IMG/VR virus record: IMGVR_UViG_3300024229_000001
Length of the DNA stretch: 20,000 bases
Strand: one strand, 5' to 3'
From: an uncultured virus (IMG/VR IMGVR_UViG_3300024229_000001)
Taxonomy: Duplodnaviria > Heunggongvirae > Uroviricota > Caudoviricetes
Shown here piece by piece: positions 1 through 8,298 of the stretch (position 1 is its first letter; each line of letters begins with the position of its first letter). The position numbers and the translations under genes were made by a program. The notes beneath the pieces are model-generated. The model was not told where the DNA came from, did not search any database, and saw only the letters and a program-made list of their open reading frames with translations.

Positions 1-2
1 AC

Positions 3-851
3 ATGATTATTATTGACTACAATGCAATCGCAATTGCCAACATTATTACACAAAAGCTAGATATTCAAGAAGATATGATTCGCCATATGATTCTGAATTC
101 TATTCGTATGTACAACAAAAAGTTCCGTAAAGAATACGGCCAAATGGTTATTGCCACTGACTCTTCAAACTGGCGCCGTGATGCATTTCCACAGTATAAA
201 TTTAAGCGTCGTGATGGTCGTGAAGAATCAACTTTAGATTGGTCTGAAATCTTTCGTATTATTAATTTAGTATTTGAAGAGATTGGTGATAATCTACCAT
301 ATAAAACTCTTAAAATTGATGGCTGTGAAGCTGATGATATTATTGGCACTCTTGTAGAAAACACTCAAGAGTTTGGCCAACATGACGAAGTTATGATTGT
401 TTCTGCTGATAAAGACTTTATCCAATTGCAGAAATATAATAACGTTCGCCAGTTTTCACCAATGACTAAAAAGTTTATTCAAGATCCTAATCCACGCAGA
501 TATCTGTTTGATCAGATTCTTAAAGGTGATTCCAGTGATGGTGTTCCTAATATATTCAGCCCTGATAATACTTTTGTTGATGGAATACGACAATCTCCAA
601 TGACAAAGAAAAAGATGGATATGTACTTTGAAAATGCTGAAAATCTTCAAGGTGTAATGGAGACTGAGCATTATCGGAACTATTGCCGAAACAAGAAAAT
701 GATTGATCTATCTGAAACTCCACAAGAACTAAAAGACGCTATTATAAATAGATACGATAACCAAAAGGTAACACATAAATCTAAAGTGCTTAATTACCTT
801 ATTAAGAAACGTTGTAAACTATTAATTGAGAGTGTAGAGGAATTTACTTAA
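3..851 (+). CDS. rnh: T4-type RNase H / 5'-3' flap exonuclease
   Basis: N-terminal IIDYN, WRRDAFPQYKFKR, EADDIIG, IVSADKDFIQL and ILKGDSSDGVPN motifs of the T4 RNase H/FEN family. Confidence 0.93.
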   Translation: MIIIDYNAIAIANIITQKLDIQEDMIRHMILNSIRMYNKKFRKEYGQMVIATDSSNWRRDAFPQYKFKRRDGREESTLDWSEIFRIINLVFEEIGDNLPYKTLKIDGCEADDIIGTLVENTQEFGQHDEVMIVSADKDFIQLQKYNNVRQFSPMTKKFIQDPNPRRYLFDQILKGDSSDGVPNIFSPDNTFVDGIRQSPMTKKKMDMYFENAENLQGVMETEHYRNYCRNKKMIDLSETPQELKDAIINRYDNQKVTHKSKVLNYLIKKRCKLLIESVEEFT

Positions 852-1294
852 TGAAATTGATGATTCATGAAGTTCTTGAAAAAGCTGCAGAAGCAAGTTC
901 AAAAGAAGACAAAATTAAAATCCTTCAAGAGAATAATCACTTAGCATTGCGTGATATTCTTCGTGGTGGAATGGATGATACTATTACATTCAATCTTCCA
1001 GAAGGTAAACCACCACATGACGATCCGAATCGCGTAGGATTTTCTCGTAATTCGCTTTATAATCAAACAAAGCGATTCAAGTATTTTGTAAAAGGTGGAC
1101 CAGGCGAAAACATGCACCCCGCCAAACGGGAGAAAATGTTTATTGGTATATTAGAAACTATTCATCCTAAAGAAGGCGAACTGCTGGTTCTAATGAAAGA
1201 TAAACGCTTAATTAAATCAAATAATTCAGCACATTATTCAGGAATTACAAAAAAATTAGTACAAGAAGCATTTCCAGGGTTAGTTCGAGAATAA
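851..1294 (+). CDS. conserved T4-like phage hypothetical protein (DUF6433-like)
   Basis: Translationally coupled to rnh (TAATG); LPEGKPP, KREKMFIGILETIHPKE and GITKKLVQEAFPGL resemble the protein typically found after rnh in marine T4-like phages. Confidence 0.7.
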   Translation: MKLMIHEVLEKAAEASSKEDKIKILQENNHLALRDILRGGMDDTITFNLPEGKPPHDDPNRVGFSRNSLYNQTKRFKYFVKGGPGENMHPAKREKMFIGILETIHPKEGELLVLMKDKRLIKSNNSAHYSGITKKLVQEAFPGLVRE

Positions 1295-1300
1295 AAAAAA

Positions 1301-1308
1301 TATAAATA
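1301..1308 (+). promoter_or_regulatory. T4-type late promoter (TATAAATA)
   Basis: Exact TATAAATA in an intergenic position. Confidence 0.6.
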
Positions 1309-1349
1309 ACTATATGAGTATATTATTAACGTTTCACTCATAATCGATC

Positions 1350-1387
1350 AAGGGATCATGCTACACTTCGTGGCAGGTCCCTTTTTT
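1350..1387 (+). terminator. intrinsic terminator-like hairpin
   Basis: AAGGGATC(A)TGCTAC-ACTTC-GTGGCA-GGTCCCTT stem with G-U pairs, ending in a T-run. Confidence 0.65.
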
Positions 1388-1466
1388 ATTGTTTACTTAT
1401 ATAGGAGGCTTAACTATTCGTACCCAAAAAAATTCCAAAAGAACTAATTATACAGAGGAATGTACA

Positions 1467-1634
1467 ATGAATAACTCACAGATTGATAGATTAAAGCGAG
1501 ACTGTAGGGAGATGGACTTTTTTATAAAAAGACAAGAAAAACGGGGAAATAGTAATAAGGCTTACACGCTTCAAAAGAAGCACGATTATATGAAATCCAG
1601 AATAGAGGAACTAGAAGAAATTTTAGCAGCATAA
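1467..1634 (+). CDS. small hypothetical protein (helical, 55 aa)
   Basis: ATG at 1467 with GAGGA upstream; the ORF-track start at 1389 is a TTG without RBS. Confidence 0.65.
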   Translation: MNNSQIDRLKRDCREMDFFIKRQEKRGNSNKAYTLQKKHDYMKSRIEELEEILAA

Positions 1635-1639
1635 AGTTG

Positions 1640-1668
1640 TGTACATCCTCACTGGACTATGTTATAAT
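1640..1668 (+). promoter_or_regulatory. sigma70-like early promoter
   Basis: TGTACA-17 bp-TATAAT with extended TG; same architecture as four other sites in the window. Confidence 0.75.
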
Positions 1669-1696
1669 AATAGTATATGAAAGTGAGGATGTATCC

Positions 1697-2272
1697 ATGA
1701 ATTTGTTCATACTTGATAAAGATCCAGTCAAAGCGGCTCAGCTGCAGTGCGATAAGCACGTAGTTAAAATGATTGTTGAATCAGGCCAAATGCTATCAAC
1801 AGCTCATCGTATGTTGGATGGCGATGAAACCAGACGTCCATCTAAGTCTGGTAAAACAAATGGAAAATATTGGGTACATCCCAATGAAAAGATGGAATCC
1901 ATTCTTTACAAAGCAGTTCATATGTACCACCCATGTACAGTGTGGACTATGCAATCAGACAATAATTACAATTGGCATTATATTCACTTCATTGCTTTAT
2001 GCGATGAGTATAAATATCGTTATGGTAAAACACATGCTACTGATACTCTACTTAGAGATGCTTTAGCCAAACTACCTAAAAATATTCCGGTTGGTTACCT
2101 TACGCAGCAACCGTTAGCAATGAAATCAAACCCAGAGTGTATGTTTGAAGACGTTGTAAAATCTTATCGTGCATTTTATCAAACAAAACAAAGTCGTTTC
2201 AAAATGGCTTGGACGGGAAGGGAAGTACCACAATGGTTTCAACAGAACAACAACTTGAGTTTGAATTCATGA
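1697..2272 (+). CDS. pyrimidine dimer DNA glycosylase / endonuclease V (DenV)-like protein
   Basis: MNLFILDKDPVKAAQLQCDKHVVKMIVESGQMLSTAH, HPCTVW and EYKYRYGKTH motifs; ATG 1697 follows GAGGA. Confidence 0.75.
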   Translation: MNLFILDKDPVKAAQLQCDKHVVKMIVESGQMLSTAHRMLDGDETRRPSKSGKTNGKYWVHPNEKMESILYKAVHMYHPCTVWTMQSDNNYNWHYIHFIALCDEYKYRYGKTHATDTLLRDALAKLPKNIPVGYLTQQPLAMKSNPECMFEDVVKSYRAFYQTKQSRFKMAWTGREVPQWFQQNNNLSLNS

Positions 2273-2376
2273 AAAAAGAACCAGACCCAATTGAAATAGT
2301 CGAAAAACAAGAACGATATGATGAATATATAAAACGTATGTATCGTGAAACTGAGGAAAAAGATGCCGATTTATAG
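2233..2376 (+). CDS. small hypothetical protein (47 aa; not in ORF track)
   Basis: MVSTEQQLEFEFMKKEPDPIEIVEKQERYDEYIKRMYRETEEKDADL; fills the gap and overlaps both neighbours; alternative start 2269 (ATGA coupling). Confidence 0.55.
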   Translation: MVSTEQQLEFEFMKKEPDPIEIVEKQERYDEYIKRMYRETEEKDADL

Positions 2377-2602
2377 CTTTCGAAATAAAGAAACTGGTGA
2401 AGAAACTGAAGTGCTTCTTCGTATTGCTGAACTAGATCAATATAAAGAGGATAATCCTCAATTGCAACAGTTTATATCTAGAGCGCCAGCAAATGTTGGC
2501 ATGGTAAAAGATATGTACTCACGGGTCCCTGATGGGTTTAATGATGTAGTCAAACAGATCAAAAAAGGATCTGGCATGAGGAATACAATTAAAACAAAAT
2601 GA
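2363..2602 (+). CDS. FmdB-like small regulatory protein (Cys-less variant)
   Basis: MPIYSFRNKETGEETE start, VPDGFNDV..QIKK C-terminus, position upstream of phoH; GAGG RBS. Confidence 0.65.
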   Translation: MPIYSFRNKETGEETEVLLRIAELDQYKEDNPQLQQFISRAPANVGMVKDMYSRVPDGFNDVVKQIKKGSGMRNTIKTK

Positions 2603-3279
2603 ATAGATCTTTGAAAATTCGCCTTGAAGGGCTTAAAACATTATCGCCAATTACCGAAAATCAGAAAAGGGTTTTTGAAGCTTTCAAAGAAGGTTCTAAT
2701 CTTTGTCTAGCTGGTTCTGCTGGTACTGGTAAAACTTTTCTATCAATGTACTTAGGACTTGAAGAAGTCTTAGATAAGGAAACACCTTATGATAAATTGG
2801 TTATTATTCGTTCTATCGTTCCTACAAGAGATATTGGATTTCTACCAGGAACTGAAGAGGAGAAGAAAGATGCCTATACTGCCCCGTATCGAGGAATCGT
2901 CTCTGAACTAGTTGCAGATCCAGAAGCTTGGAATAAGTTGCAACATCAAGGGGCTGTTGAATTTCTTACTACTTCATTTATTCGAGGTACAACTATTTCA
3001 AATGCTATCATCTTAGTTGATGAGATGCAAAACCTTACATTCCACGAATTAGATTCAGTAATTACTCGAGTTGGTGAAAATTGCCGATTCATTATGTCGG
3101 GTGATTATTACCAAACAGATTTTGATAAAGAACGAGATAAGAATGGTATTCTACAGTTTTTAGAAATCATTGATAAACTCAAGTATTTTGAAACAATCGA
3201 ATTCTCTTGGCAAGACATTGTGCGTTCCGGTCTTGTTAGAGATTACATTATGACTAAGGAACACATGGGTATTAAATGA
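2599..3279 (+). CDS. phoH: PhoH-family ATPase
   Basis: Walker A GSAGTGKT, IGFLPG, FIRGTT, VDEMQN, TRVGE, GDYYQTD and DIVRSGLV motifs. Confidence 0.95.
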   Translation: MNRSLKIRLEGLKTLSPITENQKRVFEAFKEGSNLCLAGSAGTGKTFLSMYLGLEEVLDKETPYDKLVIIRSIVPTRDIGFLPGTEEEKKDAYTAPYRGIVSELVADPEAWNKLQHQGAVEFLTTSFIRGTTISNAIILVDEMQNLTFHELDSVITRVGENCRFIMSGDYYQTDFDKERDKNGILQFLEIIDKLKYFETIEFSWQDIVRSGLVRDYIMTKEHMGIK

Positions 3280-3294
3280 CAATGGAAAAGAAAG

Positions 3295-3474
3295 ATGGCT
3301 AAGTTTACGCGTTTTGATCCTAAGAATAAGAAAAAGCATAAACACAAATTTAATTCAAAAGATCCTGAAGGTCCAAGAATTAAAAGTACTGAAACAAAAA
3401 GAAAAGTTAAAGTTAACTTTGATAAACTTATGGTAAATGATTATGACTATATTGACAGAACCGAGGATATTTGA
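3295..3474 (+). CDS. small basic hypothetical protein (59 aa; not in ORF track)
   Basis: MAKFTRFDPKNKKKHKHKFNSKDPEGPRIK...DRTEDI; fills the phoH-exonuclease gap. Confidence 0.65.
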   Translation: MAKFTRFDPKNKKKHKHKFNSKDPEGPRIKSTETKRKVKVNFDKLMVNDYDYIDRTEDI

Positions 3475-4141
3475 ACATGTTGGAATTGACTTGGGTTATA
3501 ATGACATCGAGGCTGAGACCACTTCTTCAGGACGAAAATATAAGTGTCCTAACGGGGTTTCTTATCCTAGTGTTACTACAGTACTTTCTATATTAAGTGA
3601 AGATGGTATTAGGGCTTGGCGCAAACGCGTAGGTGAAGTAGAAGCAAATAAGATTTCTCATAGAGCTGCTACTCGTGGTACAGCAGTTCATGCTATTGTT
3701 GAAGATTATATCAATAATAAACCAAACTACACTGAAGGCTATATGCCAAATGTTGTAGAAAATTTTAATGACATTAAAGGTATTTTAGATGAAAGGATTG
3801 GTAAAGTTTACGCGCAAGAAGTCCCCTTGTATTCAGATCACCTTGGATTGGCTGGTCGCGTCGACTGTGTGGCTGAGTTTGATGGTGTGTTATCTATCGT
3901 CGATTTCAAGACTTCTCGGAAGTTAAAGAAAAAAGAATGGATTGAAGGTTACTTTATACAAGAATCTGCATATGCTGTTATGTGGGAGGAAAGAACTGGT
4001 ATGCCAATTACCAATTTGGTAACCATTATTAGCGTTGATGGCGCAGAAGCTCAAGTATTCAAAGAACATCGTGACAATTGGGCACCTAAACTATTGGAGA
4101 CTATTGACGAATATGCGAAGAGAAAAATGTTTGGCCATTAG
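3437..4141 (+). CDS. PD-(D/E)xK exonuclease
   Basis: YPSVTTVLS, RGTAVH, AGRVDC, IVDFKTS and Q..AYA motifs; usual neighbour of phoH in T4-like marine phages; exact start uncertain. Confidence 0.88.
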   Translation: MIMTILTEPRIFEHVGIDLGYNDIEAETTSSGRKYKCPNGVSYPSVTTVLSILSEDGIRAWRKRVGEVEANKISHRAATRGTAVHAIVEDYINNKPNYTEGYMPNVVENFNDIKGILDERIGKVYAQEVPLYSDHLGLAGRVDCVAEFDGVLSIVDFKTSRKLKKKEWIEGYFIQESAYAVMWEERTGMPITNLVTIISVDGAEAQVFKEHRDNWAPKLLETIDEYAKRKMFGH

Positions 4142-4274
4142 AGCCCATCAACAAATCGACATATGTTGTGAAACATTATGTGAGAAAGAAGTTGTTCAGC
4201 AATATATACTAGAGTTAGAAGATCTAGTTAAAGAACTGCAAGAAAAAATCAATCAACTCGAGGATTATAAATGA
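4113..4274 (+). CDS. small coiled-coil hypothetical protein
   Basis: Short ORF bridging the exonuclease and ClpP-like genes; start uncertain (4113 chosen, GGAG upstream). Confidence 0.5.
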   Translation: MRREKCLAIRAHQQIDICCETLCEKEVVQQYILELEDLVKELQEKINQLEDYK

Positions 4275-4888
4275 GTGAAGATCTTATGGAACTACTTACT
4301 GGCGGCGAAAAGAAACGAAATTATTTTCACCATCGCCCAGTAGCAAATATCCATGAATTTTATTTAGTTGGCGAGATTAAACGCGCTGATGAATATATTG
4401 ATTGGTTTGACATCATCCGCAATGCAGGAAAGAATGATGTAGTTAATATTCATATTAACTCATATGGTGGTGACTTATTCACTGCCATTCAAATGATACG
4501 AGTTCTCGGCGAGTGTGAAGGAACTGTAGTTTGTTCTGTTGAAGGTGCTTGTATGTCTGCAGCAACAATGGTATTCTTATGTGCTGATGGTTTTGAAGTA
4601 TCAGGGCACTCAATGTTTATGTTTCATAACTATTCAGGTGGAACCATTGGTAAAGGTGGTGAAATGTATGATAACATTGTACACGAACGTAAATGGTCTG
4701 AAAAGCTACTTCGTGAAATCTATAATAACTTTTTGACTGAAGATGAAATCGTTTCAGTATTAAACAATAAAGATATTTGGATGGATGGCGATGAAGTTAT
4801 CAAGCGCCTAGAATCTATGAAAGAAAAAGTCAACGAAGACAAAGAAAAGCCTAAGCCTGCTCCACGTCGACGGAAGAAAGCTTCTTAA
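4271..4888 (+). CDS. ClpP-like serine protease
   Basis: INSYGGD, CMSAA (catalytic Ser), FMFH (catalytic His) and DIW motifs. Confidence 0.85.
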   Translation: MSEDLMELLTGGEKKRNYFHHRPVANIHEFYLVGEIKRADEYIDWFDIIRNAGKNDVVNIHINSYGGDLFTAIQMIRVLGECEGTVVCSVEGACMSAATMVFLCADGFEVSGHSMFMFHNYSGGTIGKGGEMYDNIVHERKWSEKLLREIYNNFLTEDEIVSVLNNKDIWMDGDEVIKRLESMKEKVNEDKEKPKPAPRRRKKAS

Positions 4889-4988
4889 GCTCAATGACAG
4901 CAACGGATTTATTAGAAGTAATTATAACTACCTTACCGTTGCTGTCATAAACAGCCCATTTAAGTGACTTTAGTTCTACTATTCTCAT
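4851..4988 (-). CDS. small hypothetical protein (45 aa, probably leaderless late gene; not in ORF track)
   Basis: MRIVELKSLKWAVYDSNGKVVIITSNKSVAVIELKKLSSVDVEQA; ATG 5 nt downstream of a minus-strand TATAAATA. Confidence 0.55.
   Translation of the reverse strand: MRIVELKSLKWAVYDSNGKVVIITSNKSVAVIELKKLSSVDVEQA
4894..4948. repeat. 13-bp perfect inverted repeat
   Basis: ATGACAGCAACGG (4894-4906) / CCGTTGCTGTCAT (4936-4948), 29-nt spacer. Confidence 0.85.
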
Positions 4989-4993
4989 ACATA

Positions 4994-5001
4994 TATTTAT
5001 A
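4994..5001 (-). promoter_or_regulatory. T4-type late promoter (TATAAATA)
   Basis: TATTTATA on + strand, intergenic, directly upstream of the 45-aa minus-strand ORF. Confidence 0.6.
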
Positions 5002-5088
5002 AAAAAAATGCATTTCCGTGCATTTTTTTGTGTACATTCTCTCCAGCATAGGTTATAATAATACCATAATCAATGAGGAGAAACGATT
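5002..5088 (+). promoter_or_regulatory. stem-loop plus sigma70-like early promoter plus RBS leader cassette
   Basis: AAAAAAATGCA/TGCATTTTTTT hairpin, TGTACA(5031)-17 bp-TATAAT(5054), leader ATCAATGAGGAGAAACGATTATG. Confidence 0.8.
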
Positions 5089-5601
5089 ATGACTAATGTA
5101 AATACCATTATTAACGAGATCAAAGAGACTGTTTCTCCTTTGATGGAACGTTGGGTAGAAGATCGTGTTGCTATGATTATGGATTTGAAATCCCGTGCAC
5201 GTGCCATTAACGAAAATGAAGAATACAAAGCTGCCTATGCCGCGGCAAAAGAACGTGATCGTTGGTTATCTCTTAGTTCTTTTAAGTTTTATTGGTTTGC
5301 TAATATGGGTTTTGGTAAAGGTGATTATCAACTTGCTTGCTACTACAGCGAGAAAGAAATCCAAGAAAAAATGGTTAAAGAAGCTGCAGCTAAGCTTAAA
5401 AAGATTGACGTAGCAGTAAAGAAAAAAATCAACTTCGATGTTGACACTGCTGAAAAGCTATACTTCACCGAAGGTAAAGATGGATACTTCGAAGGAGCTT
5501 GGAAACTAAACGGCCAGAAAATATTTTCTTTTGATACTTTCTATGCCGGTGGTTATAATATCCAATGCCTTCATGTTCGTACTAAATACAAATTGAAATG
5601 A
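5089..5601 (+). CDS. hypothetical early protein
   Basis: 170-aa ORF with GAGGAG RBS behind an early promoter; C-terminal AGGYNIQCLHVR. Confidence 0.8.
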   Translation: MTNVNTIINEIKETVSPLMERWVEDRVAMIMDLKSRARAINENEEYKAAYAAAKERDRWLSLSSFKFYWFANMGFGKGDYQLACYYSEKEIQEKMVKEAAAKLKKIDVAVKKKINFDVDTAEKLYFTEGKDGYFEGAWKLNGQKIFSFDTFYAGGYNIQCLHVRTKYKLK

Positions 5602-5614
5602 GGAGAATTATATA

Positions 5615-6202
5615 ATGTATGTAGACAATAATAAAACAATCTTAGTCGATGCTGACGGAGTCATGCTTGACTGGGTTTACGCTTTCCGTGGTTGGATGGA
5701 CCGCCACGGATATACAATGGTAGAACCTGATAGTTATCAGATGGATAAATGTTATGGATTAAGTCGAGAAGAAGGAACTCGACTTTGTCGAATGTTTAAC
5801 GAATCGGCTACTATTCGAAAGATTCCGCCACTTCGTGATGCTGTGAAATATATCAAAAAGCTTCATGAAGATCATGGGTATGTTTTTCGAGTAATTAGTT
5901 CACTCAGTGAAGATACCTATGCTGGTCATTTACGGACTAAAAACTTGATTGAGCTATTTGGTCCTACTGTCTTTGAATCATATGTCTATTTAGATACTGG
6001 TGCAGATAAAGATGAAGCACTAGAACCTTATCGAGATTCAGGCTGTTATTGGATTGAAGATAAGCCTGAAAATGCTAATCTTGGTGATAAGCTAGGCCTT
6101 GATTCTATCCTAGTGCGCCATCCATTTAATGCTGATTATGTTGGTCCAGCTCATCGAGTATTGAATTGGAAAGAAATCTATGAATATATTGTAGGCGTCT
6201 AA
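5615..6202 (+). CDS. HAD-superfamily 5'(3')-deoxyribonucleotidase-like protein (T4 30.2-like)
   Basis: DADGVMLDW motif I, WIEDKPEN motif, terminal RVLNWKEI. Confidence 0.8.
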   Translation: MYVDNNKTILVDADGVMLDWVYAFRGWMDRHGYTMVEPDSYQMDKCYGLSREEGTRLCRMFNESATIRKIPPLRDAVKYIKKLHEDHGYVFRVISSLSEDTYAGHLRTKNLIELFGPTVFESYVYLDTGADKDEALEPYRDSGCYWIEDKPENANLGDKLGLDSILVRHPFNADYVGPAHRVLNWKEIYEYIVGV

Positions 6203-6205
6203 TAT

Positions 6206-6213
6206 TATAAATA
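6206..6213 (+). promoter_or_regulatory. T4-type late promoter (TATAAATA)
   Basis: Exact motif, intergenic, heading the block that contains the endolysin. Confidence 0.7.
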
Positions 6214-6234
6214 GAATAAAATAGAGGTATAGAA

Positions 6235-6690
6235 ATGAACCTTGAAGATGTCGCCCGGTTTATAAACAACCAACCAGAAGAATCAAAAGTTTATATTGGT
6301 TGCGACTCTGAAAGGGTTATAAAAGATAATATTCGATATGCTGATTATACAACTGTGGTGGTAATACATCATGCTGGACGCAAAGGTTGTAAAGTGTTTG
6401 GTGATACTATACGTGAACGTGATTTTGATACTAAAATTTCTAGACCTTCGTTAAGGTTAATGAATGAAGTCTATAAAGTATCAGAACTTTATTTAAAGCT
6501 GTATGAATTAGTTTATACAGAAATAGAAATACATTTGGACATTAATCCAAATAAAGAACACAACTCATCTTTGGTTGTACAGCAAGCAGTTGGTTATATC
6601 AAGGGTGTTTGCATGGTAGAACCAAAGGTAAAGCCGTTGGCATTTGCTGCAACAGCTGCAGCTGATAGATATAAGTCACTGGCAGCATAG
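6235..6690 (+). CDS. RNase H-like YkuK (DUF458) family protein
   Basis: VYIGCDS, RLMNEV, EIHLDIN and AFAATAAADR motifs. Confidence 0.8.
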   Translation: MNLEDVARFINNQPEESKVYIGCDSERVIKDNIRYADYTTVVVIHHAGRKGCKVFGDTIRERDFDTKISRPSLRLMNEVYKVSELYLKLYELVYTEIEIHLDINPNKEHNSSLVVQQAVGYIKGVCMVEPKVKPLAFAATAAADRYKSLAA

Positions 6691-6699
6691 GAGATCCGT

Positions 6700-6960
6700 A
6701 TGGACGATATTTTTGACTTTGGTTTTACAGCCGTTGATGAAGCTGAGTTAGAAGCAGTACAACAAGCTACTACTCAAGCTACGCAAACAGCTCAAACTGC
6801 TGATGAACTACAAGGTAAGATTGATAAGTTGTATAATTCAATTATACCATTGCTTAGTAATCTGAAAAAGAATCCTGAAAAGGAATATATATTATGGCCA
6901 AATCGCTTGGCAAAAGTTGAAGAGTTCGAAACTCACTTACAAAAAATTTACCAAGAATAA
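6700..6960 (+). CDS. conserved hypothetical protein
   Basis: AGGAG RBS; FDFGFTAVDE...LKKNPEKEYILWPNR. Confidence 0.75.
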   Translation: MDDIFDFGFTAVDEAELEAVQQATTQATQTAQTADELQGKIDKLYNSIIPLLSNLKKNPEKEYILWPNRLAKVEEFETHLQKIYQE

Positions 6961-6973
6961 CTGGGAGTAAAAC

Positions 6974-7681
6974 ATGGCGGAGTATTTTCACTTCGCTACG
7001 ATTGCAAGAATAGCTTATTTAGATAATGCAAAAAGACAATTTAAAAAATTAGGATATAATGAATCGCACTTGATTGATATTGATGGAGCTCAGGCACATA
7101 TCGCGGCGAACCAAGAAAGAATAGTAATTGCATTCAGAGGAACTGAACCTACAGAATGGAATGATCTAAAAGCAGACTTATATGCATTCCATGACAATGG
7201 ATTCCATAAAGGTTTTCATATTGAATTTTTAAAATTATATAAAGCAATTAATGATTTAATTACTAAGATTGCGGATAAACAAGAAAAACCAAGACAGCTG
7301 TTTATTACAGGCCATTCTCTAGGTGGAGCAATGGCTACTGTAGCTGGATTCTATTTCCCAGAAGCTGAAAAGATTTATACCTTTGGAGCTCCAAGAGCTT
7401 GTTCATGGTCTAAATCTAAAACACTTTTACCAGAACATATTCGTGTAGTAAATAATAATGATATAGTACCAAAGGTTCCATTTGTAGGAATCGGGTTTAG
7501 ACATACTGGAACTTTACGTTATCTAAACTTTTATGGCAATGTACGTAACATGTCTAAATGGCAAAGATTTAAAGATGGCTGGAGAGGCCGTTGGAGAGCA
7601 TTAAAGAAAAGAGTTCCATTCGATGGTTTTTACGATCATTCAATGAATGAATATTGTAGATTTCTAGAGGATGGAAAATGA
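6974..7681 (+). CDS. class 3 lipase (alpha/beta hydrolase)
   Basis: IAFRGTE, HKGF, ITGHSLGGA nucleophile elbow, YTFGAPR, NNDIVPKVP and C-terminal DHSM..Y give a complete Ser-Asp-His triad. Confidence 0.92.
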   Translation: MAEYFHFATIARIAYLDNAKRQFKKLGYNESHLIDIDGAQAHIAANQERIVIAFRGTEPTEWNDLKADLYAFHDNGFHKGFHIEFLKLYKAINDLITKIADKQEKPRQLFITGHSLGGAMATVAGFYFPEAEKIYTFGAPRACSWSKSKTLLPEHIRVVNNNDIVPKVPFVGIGFRHTGTLRYLNFYGNVRNMSKWQRFKDGWRGRWRALKKRVPFDGFYDHSMNEYCRFLEDGK

Positions 7682-7953
7682 TTGAACTAATCGATAAACT
7701 ATTATCAGATACTTTGTGGATATATACTAGTATCGCAGGTGCTTTATTGGGTGCTGCTTTCTTATTCTGGTTTAAAGATACAAGAATGGCAACATGGGCT
7801 GTACGTAAGTTTGACGGCTTCTTGGAATATCTTGCATTGCGCTGGGGATGGACTTGGCTTCAAAATGACCCTAATGCATGGCGAGTAAAATACCCAAAAA
7901 TCACTACAAAAATTGATGAGCTTGAAGCCCGTTTGAAAGAACTAGAAAAATGA
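7678..7953 (+). CDS. small membrane protein
   Basis: Hydrophobic TLWIYTSIAGALLGAAFLFWF segment, Trp-rich, C-terminal coiled coil. Confidence 0.75.
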   Translation: MIELIDKLLSDTLWIYTSIAGALLGAAFLFWFKDTRMATWAVRKFDGFLEYLALRWGWTWLQNDPNAWRVKYPKITTKIDELEARLKELEK

Positions 7954-8294
7954 ATATGAAATTTGGAATTGGTGTTGTTGTAGCTATTGTATTACAAGTC
8001 TCTGCATTTGTATGGTGGACAGCTCAGCAAGCACAAATCATCCAACAATTAAATGAACAGGTTACAGAATTGACCAGTCGTATGGCAGTAGAAGAATCTG
8101 TTAATATGATGCGTGATCTTAAAGATATTAAAAAAGAATTAGATGAGCACGAAGAGTGGATTGATGATATATATTATACTCAAAATATGCTTATAGAGTT
8201 CGCAACTTTTACAGAAAATCGTTGGGCTGATACTTATGGAACAGACAATTCATACGAAAGAAAATTTGGTATGAAAGAACCAGCTAAGGAGTAA
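7950..8294 (+). CDS. N-terminally anchored coiled-coil membrane protein
   Basis: KFGIGVVVAIVLQVSAFVWW TM segment followed by heptad pattern. Confidence 0.75.
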   Translation: MNMKFGIGVVVAIVLQVSAFVWWTAQQAQIIQQLNEQVTELTSRMAVEESVNMMRDLKDIKKELDEHEEWIDDIYYTQNMLIEFATFTENRWADTYGTDNSYERKFGMKEPAKE

Positions 8295-8298
8295 TAAC

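Noticed and set aside
3437..4141. Cas4/CRISPR-associated nuclease
   Set aside because: No four-Cys Fe-S cluster motif and no array or cas genes; it fits the common phage exonuclease beside phoH
4942..4959. Pho box (CTGTCAT-AAAC-AGCCCAT)
   Set aside because: Only one half-site matches, it is explained by the inverted repeat arm, and it is not upstream of phoH
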